From contig JADLAR010000003.1 of assembly GCA_020848155.1 (NCBI GenBank), positions 3,089 through 67,088 on the forward strand: 64,000 nt of DNA. The letters are read 5' to 3'. The translations under genes and the position numbers were made by a program. This DNA comes from Candidatus Sumerlaeota bacterium. Lineage in GTDB: Bacteria; Sumerlaeota; Sumerlaeia; SLMS01. Positions 18,648 to 28,433 of this stretch are shown here, piece after piece; position 1 is the stretch's first letter, and every line of letters begins with the position of its first letter. Below the pieces are notes generated by a model, which saw only the letters and a program-made list of their open reading frames with translations, was not told where the DNA came from and did no database searches.

Positions 18648-18676
18648 GATATAGCGTTTGTTATACCATGCGTCAA
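18648..18676 (-). promoter_or_regulatory. Candidate sigma70-type promoter for the defence operon
   Basis: Minus strand TTGACG, 17-nt spacer, TATATC, ~38 nt upstream of the helicase ATG. By eye only. Confidence 0.25.
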
Positions 18677-18976
18677 GTCCCCACGCGATTAGCCGCGGCA
18701 AACGTCCAATCCCCTTATTCGGATGCCGGTTCAGCATCGCCTTCCGCAGGAATGTGCACCGAGTTCATTTTGGAGCCTCCTTGGAGTCCAGCCAAGACAC
18801 GATAGCCTGAGGCCGATCACCTGCTCCGCCCTAAATCGTGCCCCACATATGCCCCACGGAGGGCGGGAAATGGGGTGAAAACGCGGGAAATCAGCCAGCG
18901 AAGTAAAGACGTAAGATGAGCATTATGAGCACTATAGGGAAATGGCGGGAAGGCCCTGAGCCGATTGCCAAGGTGG

Positions 18977-19009
18977 AGGTCGCGAGTTCGAGCCTCGTGT
19001 CCCGCTCCA
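18977..19009 (+). other. tRNA 3'-end fragment (T-arm + acceptor 3' strand + CCA), probable integration-site (att) remnant
   Basis: GCGAG-TTCGAGC-CTCGT forms a 5-bp T-stem with a canonical TPsiC-like loop. It is followed by GTCCCGC-T-CCA. Upstream sequence cannot form D or anticodon arms, so this is not a complete tRNA. Confidence 0.35.
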
Positions 19010-19219
19010 TTCAAGTTTAGCGGAATCAGGATTCTGGCCCCGGCTTCGGTCGGGGCCTTCTTCTTGTTCGCCGCTTCGGTCAACTACGGGTCAACAAAAC
19101 AACCGGCTCTCTCCTACTCTTTCGCGAGGGTGTTCGGCGGATACGAAGAAACCCCCGGAGGTTGTTCCGGGGGTGAACGTGGTTCGGGGGTGACTGAAGG
19201 GGCCAACGTGGTTGGCGGG

Positions 19220-19735
19220 TCATTCTGTCGTGATGAACGGCCCCCACGCGGCAAGGTCTTGTTGGAAGAGGCGGGGATTCACTTGTCCCGCTGGAACGGG
19301 GTCCACAGGAGGGAGCCCGTCCGCCGCACGCCAACGGTTCCGCGCTTCAGCCCGCTCGATGAAGTCCCGCCGATAGGCGATGCTTGCCTGAAGGGCGCCT
19401 TTGGCGATGTAGGAAAGCGGGGAAGTGCCGTCCTTGGCGACATACAAAACCCGCTCACAAATATGCCTGCCGACGTGTTCCCGCATCCACACCGCCAGCA
19501 AGAAGCAACGCGCGAGGTCCGACGCCAGGTCTTCATCGCCGCGCGTTGGAGGTTTCAGATCGTTGTACGCCACAAGCAGACCGCAAATGGCTTCGCTCAT
19601 TGAAACCGCTCCCGATTGCAGACTGGCCACCAGCGCCAGGGCGAACGAGCGTTCATGCGCCTCATTCGCCGTCTTCCTGAGAAGGAAGTAGCGGAGCCGC
19701 TCAATTTGGGTTTCCATCATCGGGTTGCGTTCCAT
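19220..19735 (-). CDS. Hypothetical protein (~171 aa from MERNPMMETQ; track ORF extends to 19906)
   Basis: ORF only, no domain recognised. Start choice uncertain. Confidence 0.3.
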   Translation of the reverse strand: MERNPMMETQIERLRYFLLRKTANEAHERSFALALVASLQSGAVSMSEAICGLLVAYNDLKPPTRGDEDLASDLARCFLLAVWMREHVGRHICERVLYVAKDGTSPLSYIAKGALQASIAYRRDFIERAEARNRWRAADGLPPVDPVPAGQVNPRLFQQDLAAWGPFITTE

Positions 19736-19794
19736 CGGTTTGCATCCTTTCGGGCCTCTGTCGGCCCCAGATTTTTTTTTCTTTGGCGGTTCAC

Positions 19795-20187
19795 TCACTT
19801 TTCCGTGTGCGAGACGAGGCCGGCCCTCTCGGGCGGGAGCGTTTCCAGCCCCCCACCCCCCGGTGTCGGGTCCATCAGAACGAACCGTGCGTGCCATTGC
19901 TTCCACCGCCGGGCTTCGTTGTGCATTTTATGATGCATGATTGACCGAAGGTAAGAGTAAGCGTTTCGCGCGGGATTGACCCGGTGCATGTATAGCCAGG
20001 CGTGAAGGACTGCTTCCTGGATCATGTCGGCCTTGGTGTCTTCGTCGAAATGCAGATGCAGGCCCCTACTCATGAATTCGGCTTCGGCCATCGGGAAGAG
20101 AAACTCGCGGGCCAAGCGGTTGCGTTCTTCCTGTGATCCAGCCTGGGCGGCTGCCAGGCATTCGGCAAGTGCGGCGGCGTCGATCAT
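19795..20187 (-). CDS. Hypothetical protein with sigma-70 region-2-like segment (~130 aa)
   Basis: IQEAVLHAWLYMHRVNPARNAYSYLRSIMHHKMHNEARR resembles sigma70_r2. No region 4. Track ORF 19795..20241. Confidence 0.3.
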   Translation of the reverse strand: MIDAAALAECLAAAQAGSQEERNRLAREFLFPMAEAEFMSRGLHLHFDEDTKADMIQEAVLHAWLYMHRVNPARNAYSYLRSIMHHKMHNEARRWKQWHARFVLMDPTPGGGGLETLPPERAGLVSHTEK

Positions 20188-20405
20188 GCGAGGAACTCCC
20201 GAATGCGATTCAGCGCCGCGAGGATGCGCCTCTGTCCCCAATGAAGCTGCCGCCCCACCACCGCGAGATTCACGGCGAAGCGGCCCTGCTTCACGTTGCG
20301 GTGGGCCGCCTCTTCCGCAAGGAGTAGATCAATCACCGCGCGTTCATCGTCGCCAAGCTGGCGCGCCTTCTCCAGCGCATCCCGCGCGGCAATTGGGGCG
20401 CTCAT
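20184..20405 (-). CDS. Small hypothetical protein (73 aa), possibly ribbon-helix-helix-like
   Basis: MSAPIAARDALEKARQLGDDERAVIDLLLAEE has a beta-alpha pattern. It is the C-terminal part of track ORF 20184..20906, whose upstream part is Arg-rich and likely spurious. Confidence 0.2.
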   Translation of the reverse strand: MSAPIAARDALEKARQLGDDERAVIDLLLAEEAAHRNVKQGRFAVNLAVVGRQLHWGQRRILAALNRIREFLA

Positions 20406-20489
20406 GCGCGAACCTCTTCGGGCGTCACTCCGCCAGGCGAGGTCTGGGCGTGGGACTTCTTCCACGACCGGCTCGCCGACGGCCGCGCG

Positions 20490-21020
20490 GTGAAGTGGCG
20501 GGCTTGCATCGACGAGTTTACGCGCCAGTGCCTGCTGCTGGAACCGCGCCGCTCGATCAAGGCGAAGGACGCGGCGGCGATGCTGGCGCGGGTGATCGCG
20601 GAGCGCGGCGCTCCCAAGCACCTGCGGAGCGACAACGGCCCAGAGTTCATCGCCCAAGCGCTGCGCGGATTCCTCAAGGAGTCGAACATCGGGACGCTGT
20701 ACATCGAACCGGGCTCTCCGTGGCAGAACGGCTTTGCGGAGAGCTTCAACGCGCGCGTGAAGGACGAACTGATCGGCGTGGAGCTCTTCACGTCGATGAA
20801 GGAGGCCGAGGTGGTGGGGGGCGACTGGCGCGAGGCGTACAACAATCGCCGGCCGCACTCGGCGCTCGGCTACTTGACTCCGGCGGCGTTTGCTGCCACA
20901 CAACACATGCCCAACACGAGCGGAAGGGAGGCCGGCCCGGCCACCCGCAAGGCCCCTCCTTTTCGTTCAAATGTTGGGGTGGATTCGAACCGGGAAACTC
21001 TCATAGCGAGTGGCACATAA
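20490..21020 (+). mobile_element. IS3-family transposase (OrfB DDE/rve core) C-terminal fragment; degraded
   Basis: HLRSDNGPEFIAQALRGFLKE..GSPWQNGFAESFNARVKDEL..YNNRRPHSALGYLTPAAF is a classic IS3 OrfB C-terminus. No N-terminal HTH/OrfA or upstream DDE residues remain in frame. Confidence 0.7.
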
Positions 21021-21092
21021 AATGGGGGCAGGTCACAAGCGCTGGTTGGCTTCTGTGGCTCTACTGCCAATTCTGATATAGGAGGAGGTGGT

Positions 21093-23174
21093 GTGATGGC
21101 GTACAATCAGAAGCGTGCTTTAGAGTTGCTGCGCCTTGGAAGTGGGCAGCCAGAGGCGCAATTCCGCGATCAACAGGAGGATGCGATTCGGCATGTGGTC
21201 GAAGGCAAGGGGCGCCTTCTCGTTGTGCAGAAGACGGGCTGGGGGAAGAGCTTCGTTTACTTCATCGCTACCAAGCTGCTTCGTGAAGGTGGCAGCGGAC
21301 CCGCGCTGCTTGTTTCTCCCTTGCTTGCGCTCATGCGCAACCAGATCGCCGCCGCGGAACGCATGGGGGTCCGCGCCAGCAAGATCACTTCCGACGATCT
21401 GGACGATTGGAGTTCGGTCGAAGCCTCAATCGCCCGGGACGAAGTGGACATCCTGTTGATTTCACCAGAACGCTTCGCCAACGAGCATTTCAAGACTGAT
21501 GTTTTGGCGAGGATTGCCGGGAAGGTGTCCCTGCTAGTGATCGACGAGGCTCATTGTATTTCCGATTGGGGCCACGACTTTCGCCCCCATTATCGCCTGC
21601 TTGAGCGAATCGTTCGGTCCTTGCCGCCGAATCTTCGCACCTTGGCGACGACTGCCACCGCCAACAACCGGGTTATGGAGGACCTTAAGACCGTTCTGGG
21701 TCCCAACATCGACGTGTCCCGGGGTGATCTGAACCGACCATCTCTCTTGCTTCAGACCATCCGATTGAAGAGCCAAGCCGAGCGCCTCGCGTGGCTGGCG
21801 GAGCAACTTCCCAGTATGCCAGGCAATGGGATCATCTACACGCTAACTGTGCGCGATGCCGAACAGGTTGCCGAGTGGCTGAAGTCCCGCGGGTTGGCTG
21901 TCGTGGCGTACACGGGAGAGTCCGGTGACGCACGCCCTGAACTCGAGCAGAGTTTGCTCGATAACAAGATAAGGGCGCTGGTGGCTACGACCGCCCTTGG
22001 CATGGGCTACGACAAGCCCGACTTGGCATTTGTCATCCACTATCAGATGCCGGGGTCTGTTGTGGCCTACTACCAGCAGGTAGGGCGTGCGGGACGTGCA
22101 CTGGCGGCAGCCTACGGTGTTCTCCTGAGTGGTGACGAAGAAACAGACATCAACGACTACTTCATCGAGAGTGCTTTCCCCGCGCGCGCTGAGGTGGAGG
22201 CGATCCTGAAAGCTCTTGAGGCATCATCAGCAGGATTATCGGTTCCGGAATTGCTTGCTTGCGTGAACGTCAGCAAGGGCCGGATGGAGAAGGCCATCAC
22301 GCTGTTGTCGCTGGAGTCTCCGGCGCCAATCGCTAAGCGCGGGAGCAAGTGGCAACTGACCGCGGCCGCGTTGAGCAAGGCGTTCTGGGAGCGAGCGGAT
22401 CGCTTGACGACTCTTCGCCGTGCTGAGCAGCAGCAGATGCGAGAGTATGTAAAGTTGAAGAGCGGCCACATGGAGTACCTCATCCGCGCACTCGACGGCG
22501 AGCCCGGTCCGGTGACATCGCCGAAAATCCCCAGCCTGCCATCGACTGTGAAAAGTGCTCTGGTAACGGAGGCGATCAGATTTCTTCGGCGAGCCAGCCT
22601 GCCATTCGAGCCTCGGAAGAAGTGGCCAGATGCTGGCGGCCTCCCCAAGTACAGCCTAAAGGGCAGAATTGCAGAGCAGCATCAGTCGGAGTCTGGCAGA
22701 GCGCTCTGCTATTGGGGCGACGCGGGCTGGGGAGCCCAGGTGAAGAAGGGCAAGTACCAGGATGGACGGTTCAGCGACGAGTTGGTCAACGCTTGCGCAG
22801 AGATGGTCCGCGAGTGGGGACCTACTCCAAGGCCTGAGTGGGTTACCTTCATACCGTCGATTCGGCACCCCGATCTTGTGCCCGACTTTGCCGCTCGGCT
22901 GGCGAAGGCCCTTGGTCTGCCATTCCGCCAGTCGCTCGAAAAGTCCGATGGCCGCCTTCCGCAGAAAGACATGGCAAACAGTACCCAGCAAGCTCGAAAC
23001 ATTGATGGTTCGCTGGAGCTACGTGACGCAGAAGTCTTGTCAGGGCCTGTTTTGCTCGTCGACGACATGGTGGACTCCCGCTGGACGTTGACGGTCGCTG
23101 CCTGGCTTCTGAGAAGCAAAGGCACCGGTGAGGTCTTTCCACTGGTACTCGCGAAGACCGGGAAAGGAGACTAG
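21093..23174 (+). CDS. RecQ-family DNA helicase fused to C-terminal phosphoribosyltransferase (PRTase)-like domain (693 aa)
   Basis: Walker [30 protein letters not shown] is the RecQ DEAH box. Helicase-C [11 protein letters not shown]-terminal [16 protein letters not shown] is a PRPP-binding-type PRTase motif. Confidence 0.75.
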   Translation: MMAYNQKRALELLRLGSGQPEAQFRDQQEDAIRHVVEGKGRLLVVQKTGWGKSFVYFIATKLLREGGSGPALLVSPLLALMRNQIAAAERMGVRASKITSDDLDDWSSVEASIARDEVDILLISPERFANEHFKTDVLARIAGKVSLLVIDEAHCISDWGHDFRPHYRLLERIVRSLPPNLRTLATTATANNRVMEDLKTVLGPNIDVSRGDLNRPSLLLQTIRLKSQAERLAWLAEQLPSMPGNGIIYTLTVRDAEQVAEWLKSRGLAVVAYTGESGDARPELEQSLLDNKIRALVATTALGMGYDKPDLAFVIHYQMPGSVVAYYQQVGRAGRALAAAYGVLLSGDEETDINDYFIESAFPARAEVEAILKALEASSAGLSVPELLACVNVSKGRMEKAITLLSLESPAPIAKRGSKWQLTAAALSKAFWERADRLTTLRRAEQQQMREYVKLKSGHMEYLIRALDGEPGPVTSPKIPSLPSTVKSALVTEAIRFLRRASLPFEPRKKWPDAGGLPKYSLKGRIAEQHQSESGRALCYWGDAGWGAQVKKGKYQDGRFSDELVNACAEMVREWGPTPRPEWVTFIPSIRHPDLVPDFAARLAKALGLPFRQSLEKSDGRLPQKDMANSTQQARNIDGSLELRDAEVLSGPVLLVDDMVDSRWTLTVAAWLLRSKGTGEVFPLVLAKTGKGD

Positions 23175-23175
23175 C

Positions 23176-24474
23176 ATGCGAATGTCACCGAACACTCAGG
23201 CGATCCTGCTTCTCGCTGCTCCCTTGCTGGTCGGAAAAAGCGCGGGGAGCGAGACGATCTTGAGCCCTCGCGAGTACAAGCTGCTTGCGCGGCGATTGAG
23301 AGAACTAGGGCGCGAACCTGCGGACCTCCTCGGATCAGATGCAGCAAATCTGATGGAGGGATTGCAGCCTGTCGTGGCCGGGGATCGTCTCCGGCGCCTG
23401 CTCGACCGCGGATTCCAACTGAGCCAGGCCATGGAGCGCTGGGCATCGCGGGCGATCTGGGTGCTGAGTCGGGCCGACGAGGGCTACCCGAAACGGCTCA
23501 AGGCAAGATGTAAGGAAGATGCGCCCGCCGTCCTCTACGGCTGCGGCGATGACGAACTGCTGGACGCCGGCGGACTGGCCATTGTCGGGTCGCGGGATGT
23601 CGATGAGGAGAATCTCCGATTCACGCGCCAGATTGCTGGTCTCGCTGCCGAGGCTGGACGCGCCATAGTTTCTGGCGGTGCCCGAGGCGTTGATCAGGCC
23701 GCAATGGGTGCGGCGCTACAGGCGGGAGGGAGAGTGATCGGAGTCTTGGCGGATAGTCTCGAGCGCGCGGCGCTAAACCGCGAGAATCGAGAATACTTGA
23801 TGGACGGGCGGTTGCGACTCATCTCTCCCTTCGACCCATTCGCTGGGTTCAATGTCGGCAATGCAATGCAACGCAACAAGTACATCTATGCCCTTGCTGA
23901 TGCTGCTCTCGTTGTGAAGTCAGACTTTCAGAAGGGAGGCACATGGCAGGGCGCCCAGGAACAGCTTGAAAAGTACCGCTTCGTGCCGGTCTACGTTGGA
24001 GGTGATCCGAGCAAGGGCCTCCAAGCTCTCAGGCGCATGGGGGGCCGACCATGGCCCAATCCGGTGGACTCCGCAGGGCTCGACCTTTTGTTTTCGGATC
24101 AAGTTGCCCCCATCGAGAGCCTCGCCAGCGGCGAAGAGCTACCGCTCTTCGTCAGCGAAGGTGCAAGCACATCCCCGCACGAGAAGGAGTCGAAGGAAGA
24201 GCCTCTGAATGGCACCGGACCGGTCGCGGAGACGGTTCGGGTAGACAACGCCGAAGCACTGTTCTCGAAGGTTCGGGAGATTCTTCAGAGAATCGACCAC
24301 CCGATGACGGATTTGGAGATCGCCGAAGACCTTGGCGTCTCGCTCTTGCAGGTACGGAAGTGGCTGAAGCGCATGACCGCTGAAGGATCACTGCAAAAGA
24401 CGAAGCGCCCGGTTCGCTATCTTGGAGCGCAGACCGAGTCGGATTTGTTTACGAGCAGCGAAGGCTCTCCCTAA
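23176..24474 (+). CDS. DprA/Smf-like (SLOG superfamily) protein with C-terminal winged-helix
   Basis: [84 protein letters not shown] 6 nt upstream of the ATG at 23176, which is 1 nt after the upstream stop. Track ORF starts at 23128. Confidence 0.75.
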   Translation: MRMSPNTQAILLLAAPLLVGKSAGSETILSPREYKLLARRLRELGREPADLLGSDAANLMEGLQPVVAGDRLRRLLDRGFQLSQAMERWASRAIWVLSRADEGYPKRLKARCKEDAPAVLYGCGDDELLDAGGLAIVGSRDVDEENLRFTRQIAGLAAEAGRAIVSGGARGVDQAAMGAALQAGGRVIGVLADSLERAALNRENREYLMDGRLRLISPFDPFAGFNVGNAMQRNKYIYALADAALVVKSDFQKGGTWQGAQEQLEKYRFVPVYVGGDPSKGLQALRRMGGRPWPNPVDSAGLDLLFSDQVAPIESLASGEELPLFVSEGASTSPHEKESKEEPLNGTGPVAETVRVDNAEALFSKVREILQRIDHPMTDLEIAEDLGVSLLQVRKWLKRMTAEGSLQKTKRPVRYLGAQTESDLFTSSEGSP

Positions 24475-24544
24475 TGGGAACCTCTGACCGTACCCGTCTC
24501 ACGAGCCCCATGGTATTTGATCTTGCAGTTGTTTGTGGCGGGTG

Positions 24545-24772
24545 TCAGTTGGCTTGGGGTTCGGCGCTGGGTGTTGCCGAAGTGGTCCACCTGTCGGGCA
24601 GCAGTTCCTCGAGCCTGTTGACCGGGTGGTCGCCGATCCTGCGCAGGATGTCGGAGATGTACTCGAACGTGTTGTGGCCCGATCGCCTGCAGGAATCGAT
24701 GAGCGTGAAGAAGGTCGCTGCGGCCTCGCCTCCGCGGGGGCTGCCGGCGAAGAGCCAGTTCTTCCTTCCCAC
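24545..24772 (-). mobile_element. IS66-family transposase C-terminal fragment
   Basis: GRKNWLFAGSPRGGEAAATFFTLIDSCRRSGHNTFEYISDILRRI..LEELLPDRW matches the IS66 TnpC C-terminus. The N-terminal ~450 aa are missing. Confidence 0.65.
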
Positions 24773-25158
24773 GGCGACGGGTACTACTGAGTTTTCGTTT
24801 GAAACGGGATGAAATTGCCGGGGTTGGCGCCCCCTCTATCTCTCTGTCTCCGCTGCGGGTTATTTCGGTTGAAACAGGAGGCCGTCTGGAACACAAGAGA
24901 CTCATGCTTTGTAGGGGTATTATGGATTTATGGCTCCAAATATCCTAGAAAAGACGAGTGAATGTTCTTAAGTCGTTTGAATCCAGTTTTCGATGGGGTG
25001 ACAACCCTCGCATTCAGGCAGAGTGATGCAGTCCATCCGGGGACGGGATGGGTGTTTGCCAAGGCGGTTGGGCTTGGTCTGCGAACAGCGCAGCCTGCAT
25101 ACGGCATTCCCTCCGGCGGGTCGATCACTGACGTCGCCATCGCCAGGTTGTTCCGTGC

Positions 25159-26622
25159 ATGGATTGGAGAAGGACGATGCTGAAAGCGGGCGGTTTTCCC
25201 CAGATCATTCAGGGGGGGATGGGTGTTGCCGTTTCGGGATGGCGCCTTGCCAACGCTGTGGCGCGCCGCGGCCAGTTGGGCGTGGTGTCTGGCACGGGGC
25301 TCGATCAAGTGCTCGCGCGTCGGCTCCAATTGGGTGATTCCGATGGGGCGTTGCGCCGGGCTATTGCGGCATTCCCGTGTCGCGCAACGGCAGAGGCGGC
25401 GCTTTCGCGATATTTCATTCCAGGCGGGAAGGATCCCTGCAAGGGCTTCCTGACGCCCCCGATGTTCAATGTCAATCCATCGCGCGCGCATCTGCGATTT
25501 GCCGCGCTCTCGGCCTTCGTTGAAGTGTGGCTCGCGAAGGAAGGGCACGCTGGTCCGGTCGGGATCAACCTGCTCGAAAAGATAGCGCTTCCCAACCCTG
25601 CGATGATCTGCGGCGCCATGATCGCGGGTGTCGATTTTGTCCTCATGGGAGCAGGCATTCCATGGCAGATCCCCGGGCTGCTTGATGCCGTGTCGCGCAA
25701 TGAATCCTTCGACTTCACAGTGACGGTTGAAGGGGATCCGGCGGGTGTTGACGTTCACTTCGACGTTGCCGCCCTGTTTCCTGATCTGTCTCCGCTCAAG
25801 CGCCCCGCATTCCTCGCCATTGTCTCGTCCGCGACCTTGGCGCAGGCGCTGCTCAAGAGGGCGAACGGAAGGATTGACGGCTTTGTGGTCGAGTCCCCTG
25901 TCGCTGGCGGACACAATGCCCCGCCACGCGGGGCGGTCAGGCTCAATGAACGGGGTGAACCCATTTACGGTGAGCGCGATCAGGTGGATCCGACGCGCAT
26001 GGTGGCCCTTGGCCTTCCCTTCTGGCTGGCGGGGGGCGAAGGCACGCACATCTCGCTCGCACGAGCGAGGAGCCTTGGTGCGCATGGTGTCCAAGTGGGG
26101 ACCGCATTTGCGTTTTGTCAGGAGTCGGGCCTCGATCCGGTGTTGCGCGCCAACGTCCTTGGGCGGGTTGCCGAAGGACGCGTCGATGTGTTCACTGATC
26201 CCGAAGCTTCGCCGACTGGTTTCCCCTTCAAGGTCGTTCGCTACGAGGGCACCTTGTCGGAGGAGGACATCTACGCCGGGCGTGAGCGCGTGTGCGATGC
26301 CGGCTATCTCCGCCGTGTCTTCCGCTATCCCGACGGACGCATCGGCTATCGTTGTCCGGGCGAGCCTGAGGCGGACTATGTCGCCAAAGGGGGCGACATA
26401 GAGGACACGCAAGGATGCAAGTGCCTGTGCAACGCCCTTCTTGCGGACATCGGCCTTGGCCAGATTCGGGACGGGGTTGCCGAGCTCCCGCTACTCACCG
26501 CCGGCGATGCTCTTAAAGAGTTACCCGCACTTGTTGGCGAGGCTCTCCTGAGGTATACGGCAAGCGACGTCATCGATGCTCTTTTCAGGGAATCCATCGC
26601 GGCGTCGGAAGATGCAATATGA
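25159..26622 (+). CDS. Nitronate monooxygenase / 2-nitropropane dioxygenase-like (NMO family) FMN oxidoreductase
   Basis: PQIIQGGMGVAVSGWRLANAVARRGQLGVVSG N-terminal motif, TIM-barrel length. Stop overlaps the next start (ATGA). Confidence 0.65.
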   Translation: MDWRRTMLKAGGFPQIIQGGMGVAVSGWRLANAVARRGQLGVVSGTGLDQVLARRLQLGDSDGALRRAIAAFPCRATAEAALSRYFIPGGKDPCKGFLTPPMFNVNPSRAHLRFAALSAFVEVWLAKEGHAGPVGINLLEKIALPNPAMICGAMIAGVDFVLMGAGIPWQIPGLLDAVSRNESFDFTVTVEGDPAGVDVHFDVAALFPDLSPLKRPAFLAIVSSATLAQALLKRANGRIDGFVVESPVAGGHNAPPRGAVRLNERGEPIYGERDQVDPTRMVALGLPFWLAGGEGTHISLARARSLGAHGVQVGTAFAFCQESGLDPVLRANVLGRVAEGRVDVFTDPEASPTGFPFKVVRYEGTLSEEDIYAGRERVCDAGYLRRVFRYPDGRIGYRCPGEPEADYVAKGGDIEDTQGCKCLCNALLADIGLGQIRDGVAELPLLTAGDALKELPALVGEALLRYTASDVIDALFRESIAASEDAI

Positions 26623-28307
26623 GGTCCCTCTTCTCCCGTCGCCTCCTTGTTCTGGCTGTTTTCGCATTTCTTACCGTCGTGGGATGGGCGGCAGTGCAAC
26701 TCGTCCCGACGACCCGTCGTGACTTTCAGGTTCCCGGCTCCCATACCAGCGACCTGAACCCGGACAATTACTTTACCGGCTCGTACTGTAGCACCTGCCA
26801 CGGCGACTTTGACACCGCCAATTCCCCCTACGATACGTGGAGCGGCAGCCTGATGGCGGTTGGGGGGCGCGACCCACTTTTTCTGGCACAAATGACCCTC
26901 GCGGAGCAGGATGCTCCCGGTTCGTCGTACTACTGCATGCGTTGCCACATGCCCGGTTCCATCGCGACGGGACGGGCGGAACTCGGCACCGCTGCGCCCT
27001 ATGGGGAGTTTGACCTCGAGGGCGTAAGTTGTCACCTTTGTCATACCATGGTTGATCCCTTGCAGGCGCCGGGAAATGCGGCGCCGGGGGATGATGAGAT
27101 ACTTGCCGGCCTCGATCAAGTGCCGGAGCATTATGGCAATGCGATGTTTGTACTCGATCCGCAGGCACAGCGGCGCGGCCCCCGGCCCGATGCGCAACCG
27201 CGGCATCCGCTCCTCCATTCCCAGTTTTTCAAGAAGGGGGATTTCTGCGGCACCTGCCACGATGTCGGGAATGTCGCCACGACGCGGCAGTCCGATGGGA
27301 CATGGCGCTACAATTCCCTCGATGAACCGGCGCCGGATTCAAATCCGCAGGCGCAGTTCCCCCTGGAACGGACGTACACCGAGTGGAAGCTCAGCGCCTT
27401 CGCCAACGGCGGCGTCGATATGGGTGGTCGCTTTGGCGGTGAGGGCGTGTCCGTCGTCTCGACGTGCCAGGATTGCCATATGCCGAAGGCTTCGGCACAC
27501 GCGGCCATTGGTGCCCCGCTCCGTCCTGATGTTGCCCGGCACGAATTTGCCGGCGCGACGGCGTGGGTCCTTCAGATCACAGCGCTGGCCTATCAGAACG
27601 ATCCGTCCGTGAATCAGGCCGCCCTCCTGCGCGGCCAGCAGGCAGCCGGTGACATGCTGGCCCGCGCCGCATCCCTCCGCGTGTGGCGTGATGAGGATTC
27701 CGTCAGCGTCCGGGTGATCAATCAAACCGGGCACAAGCTGCCCAGTGGCCACATTGAAGGGCGGCGCGCCTGGGTTGAGACGATTTTCAAGGACAGTGAT
27801 GGCGCCACCGTGGCCCATTACGGCGCCTACGACACTGCGGAGGCGGAACTCGACACGAACGGGACAACCGTGTTCGAAATGCACATCGGCCTCAGCGAGG
27901 ATGCCGCCGCCATCACGGGACTTCCCGCGGGGGTCACGTCACACATGGCGCTCGCCGACACCATTGAGAAGGACAACCGCATCCCGCCCCGTGGTTTCTC
28001 CAACGCGGCGTTCGAAGCCGGTGGTGCACCCGCCGTCGGCACGACCTTCGCCGACGGGCAGTACTGGCATGACACCCCGTTCCAGATCCCGGCAAATGCG
28101 GCCACCGTCACCGTGAACCTTTGGTACCAAACGGTCACGCGGGAGTACATCGAAGGGCTGCGGGACAACAACGTCACCGACAATCGAGGTCAGGAACTGT
28201 ACGATCTTTGGGTCGCAACCGACAAGTGCGCTCCGATCCTGATGGCGTCCAAGACCGCGAACCTGGCCAACCTGACCTATTCCGTCACAGGCTGGATCGC
28301 TCAGTAA
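26619..28307 (+). CDS. Secreted/anchored multiheme c-type cytochrome (5 CxxCH)
   Basis: N-terminal hydrophobic segment. CSTCH, CMRCH, CHLCH, CGTCH, CQDCH. Confidence 0.7.
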   Translation: MRSLFSRRLLVLAVFAFLTVVGWAAVQLVPTTRRDFQVPGSHTSDLNPDNYFTGSYCSTCHGDFDTANSPYDTWSGSLMAVGGRDPLFLAQMTLAEQDAPGSSYYCMRCHMPGSIATGRAELGTAAPYGEFDLEGVSCHLCHTMVDPLQAPGNAAPGDDEILAGLDQVPEHYGNAMFVLDPQAQRRGPRPDAQPRHPLLHSQFFKKGDFCGTCHDVGNVATTRQSDGTWRYNSLDEPAPDSNPQAQFPLERTYTEWKLSAFANGGVDMGGRFGGEGVSVVSTCQDCHMPKASAHAAIGAPLRPDVARHEFAGATAWVLQITALAYQNDPSVNQAALLRGQQAAGDMLARAASLRVWRDEDSVSVRVINQTGHKLPSGHIEGRRAWVETIFKDSDGATVAHYGAYDTAEAELDTNGTTVFEMHIGLSEDAAAITGLPAGVTSHMALADTIEKDNRIPPRGFSNAAFEAGGAPAVGTTFADGQYWHDTPFQIPANAATVTVNLWYQTVTREYIEGLRDNNVTDNRGQELYDLWVATDKCAPILMASKTANLANLTYSVTGWIAQ

Positions 28308-28433
28308 TCAACAAACGGCCGAGCCTGTTCATCGCATGAAAGGCTTTCTGGTGTTGTGCCTCCGCGGCACCGAATCCGTTCTGCTTTGGCAATTCATTCT
28401 CCGGGGCGGCCTGGGATACAATGAGGTGTCGCA

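Noticed and set aside
18806-19009. Complete tRNA or tmRNA gene
   Set aside because: Only a T-arm/acceptor/CCA end folds. No D or anticodon arm can be formed, and the acceptor pair 3 is G-C, not the G-U expected for an Ala-type tmRNA. The interval is too short for tmRNA pseudoknots. Kept only as a 3' fragment.
20024-21076. 350-aa Arg/Gly/Pro-rich plus-strand ORF
   Set aside because: It overlaps in another frame the IS3 transposase remnant (20490..21020), which has a textbook rve-domain sequence. The composition is typical of a spurious GC-rich frame.
24928-26412. 494-aa minus-strand ORF
   Set aside because: Antisense to the NMO-family gene (25159..26622), which has a clear FMN-oxidoreductase N-terminal motif. 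The minus ORF has no motifs.
28308-28433. Guanidine riboswitch (ykkC / mini-ykkC) in the sugE leader
   Set aside because: Looked for paired ACGR-loop hairpins or the ykkC core. None found by eye. A covariance-model scan would be needed before claiming one.
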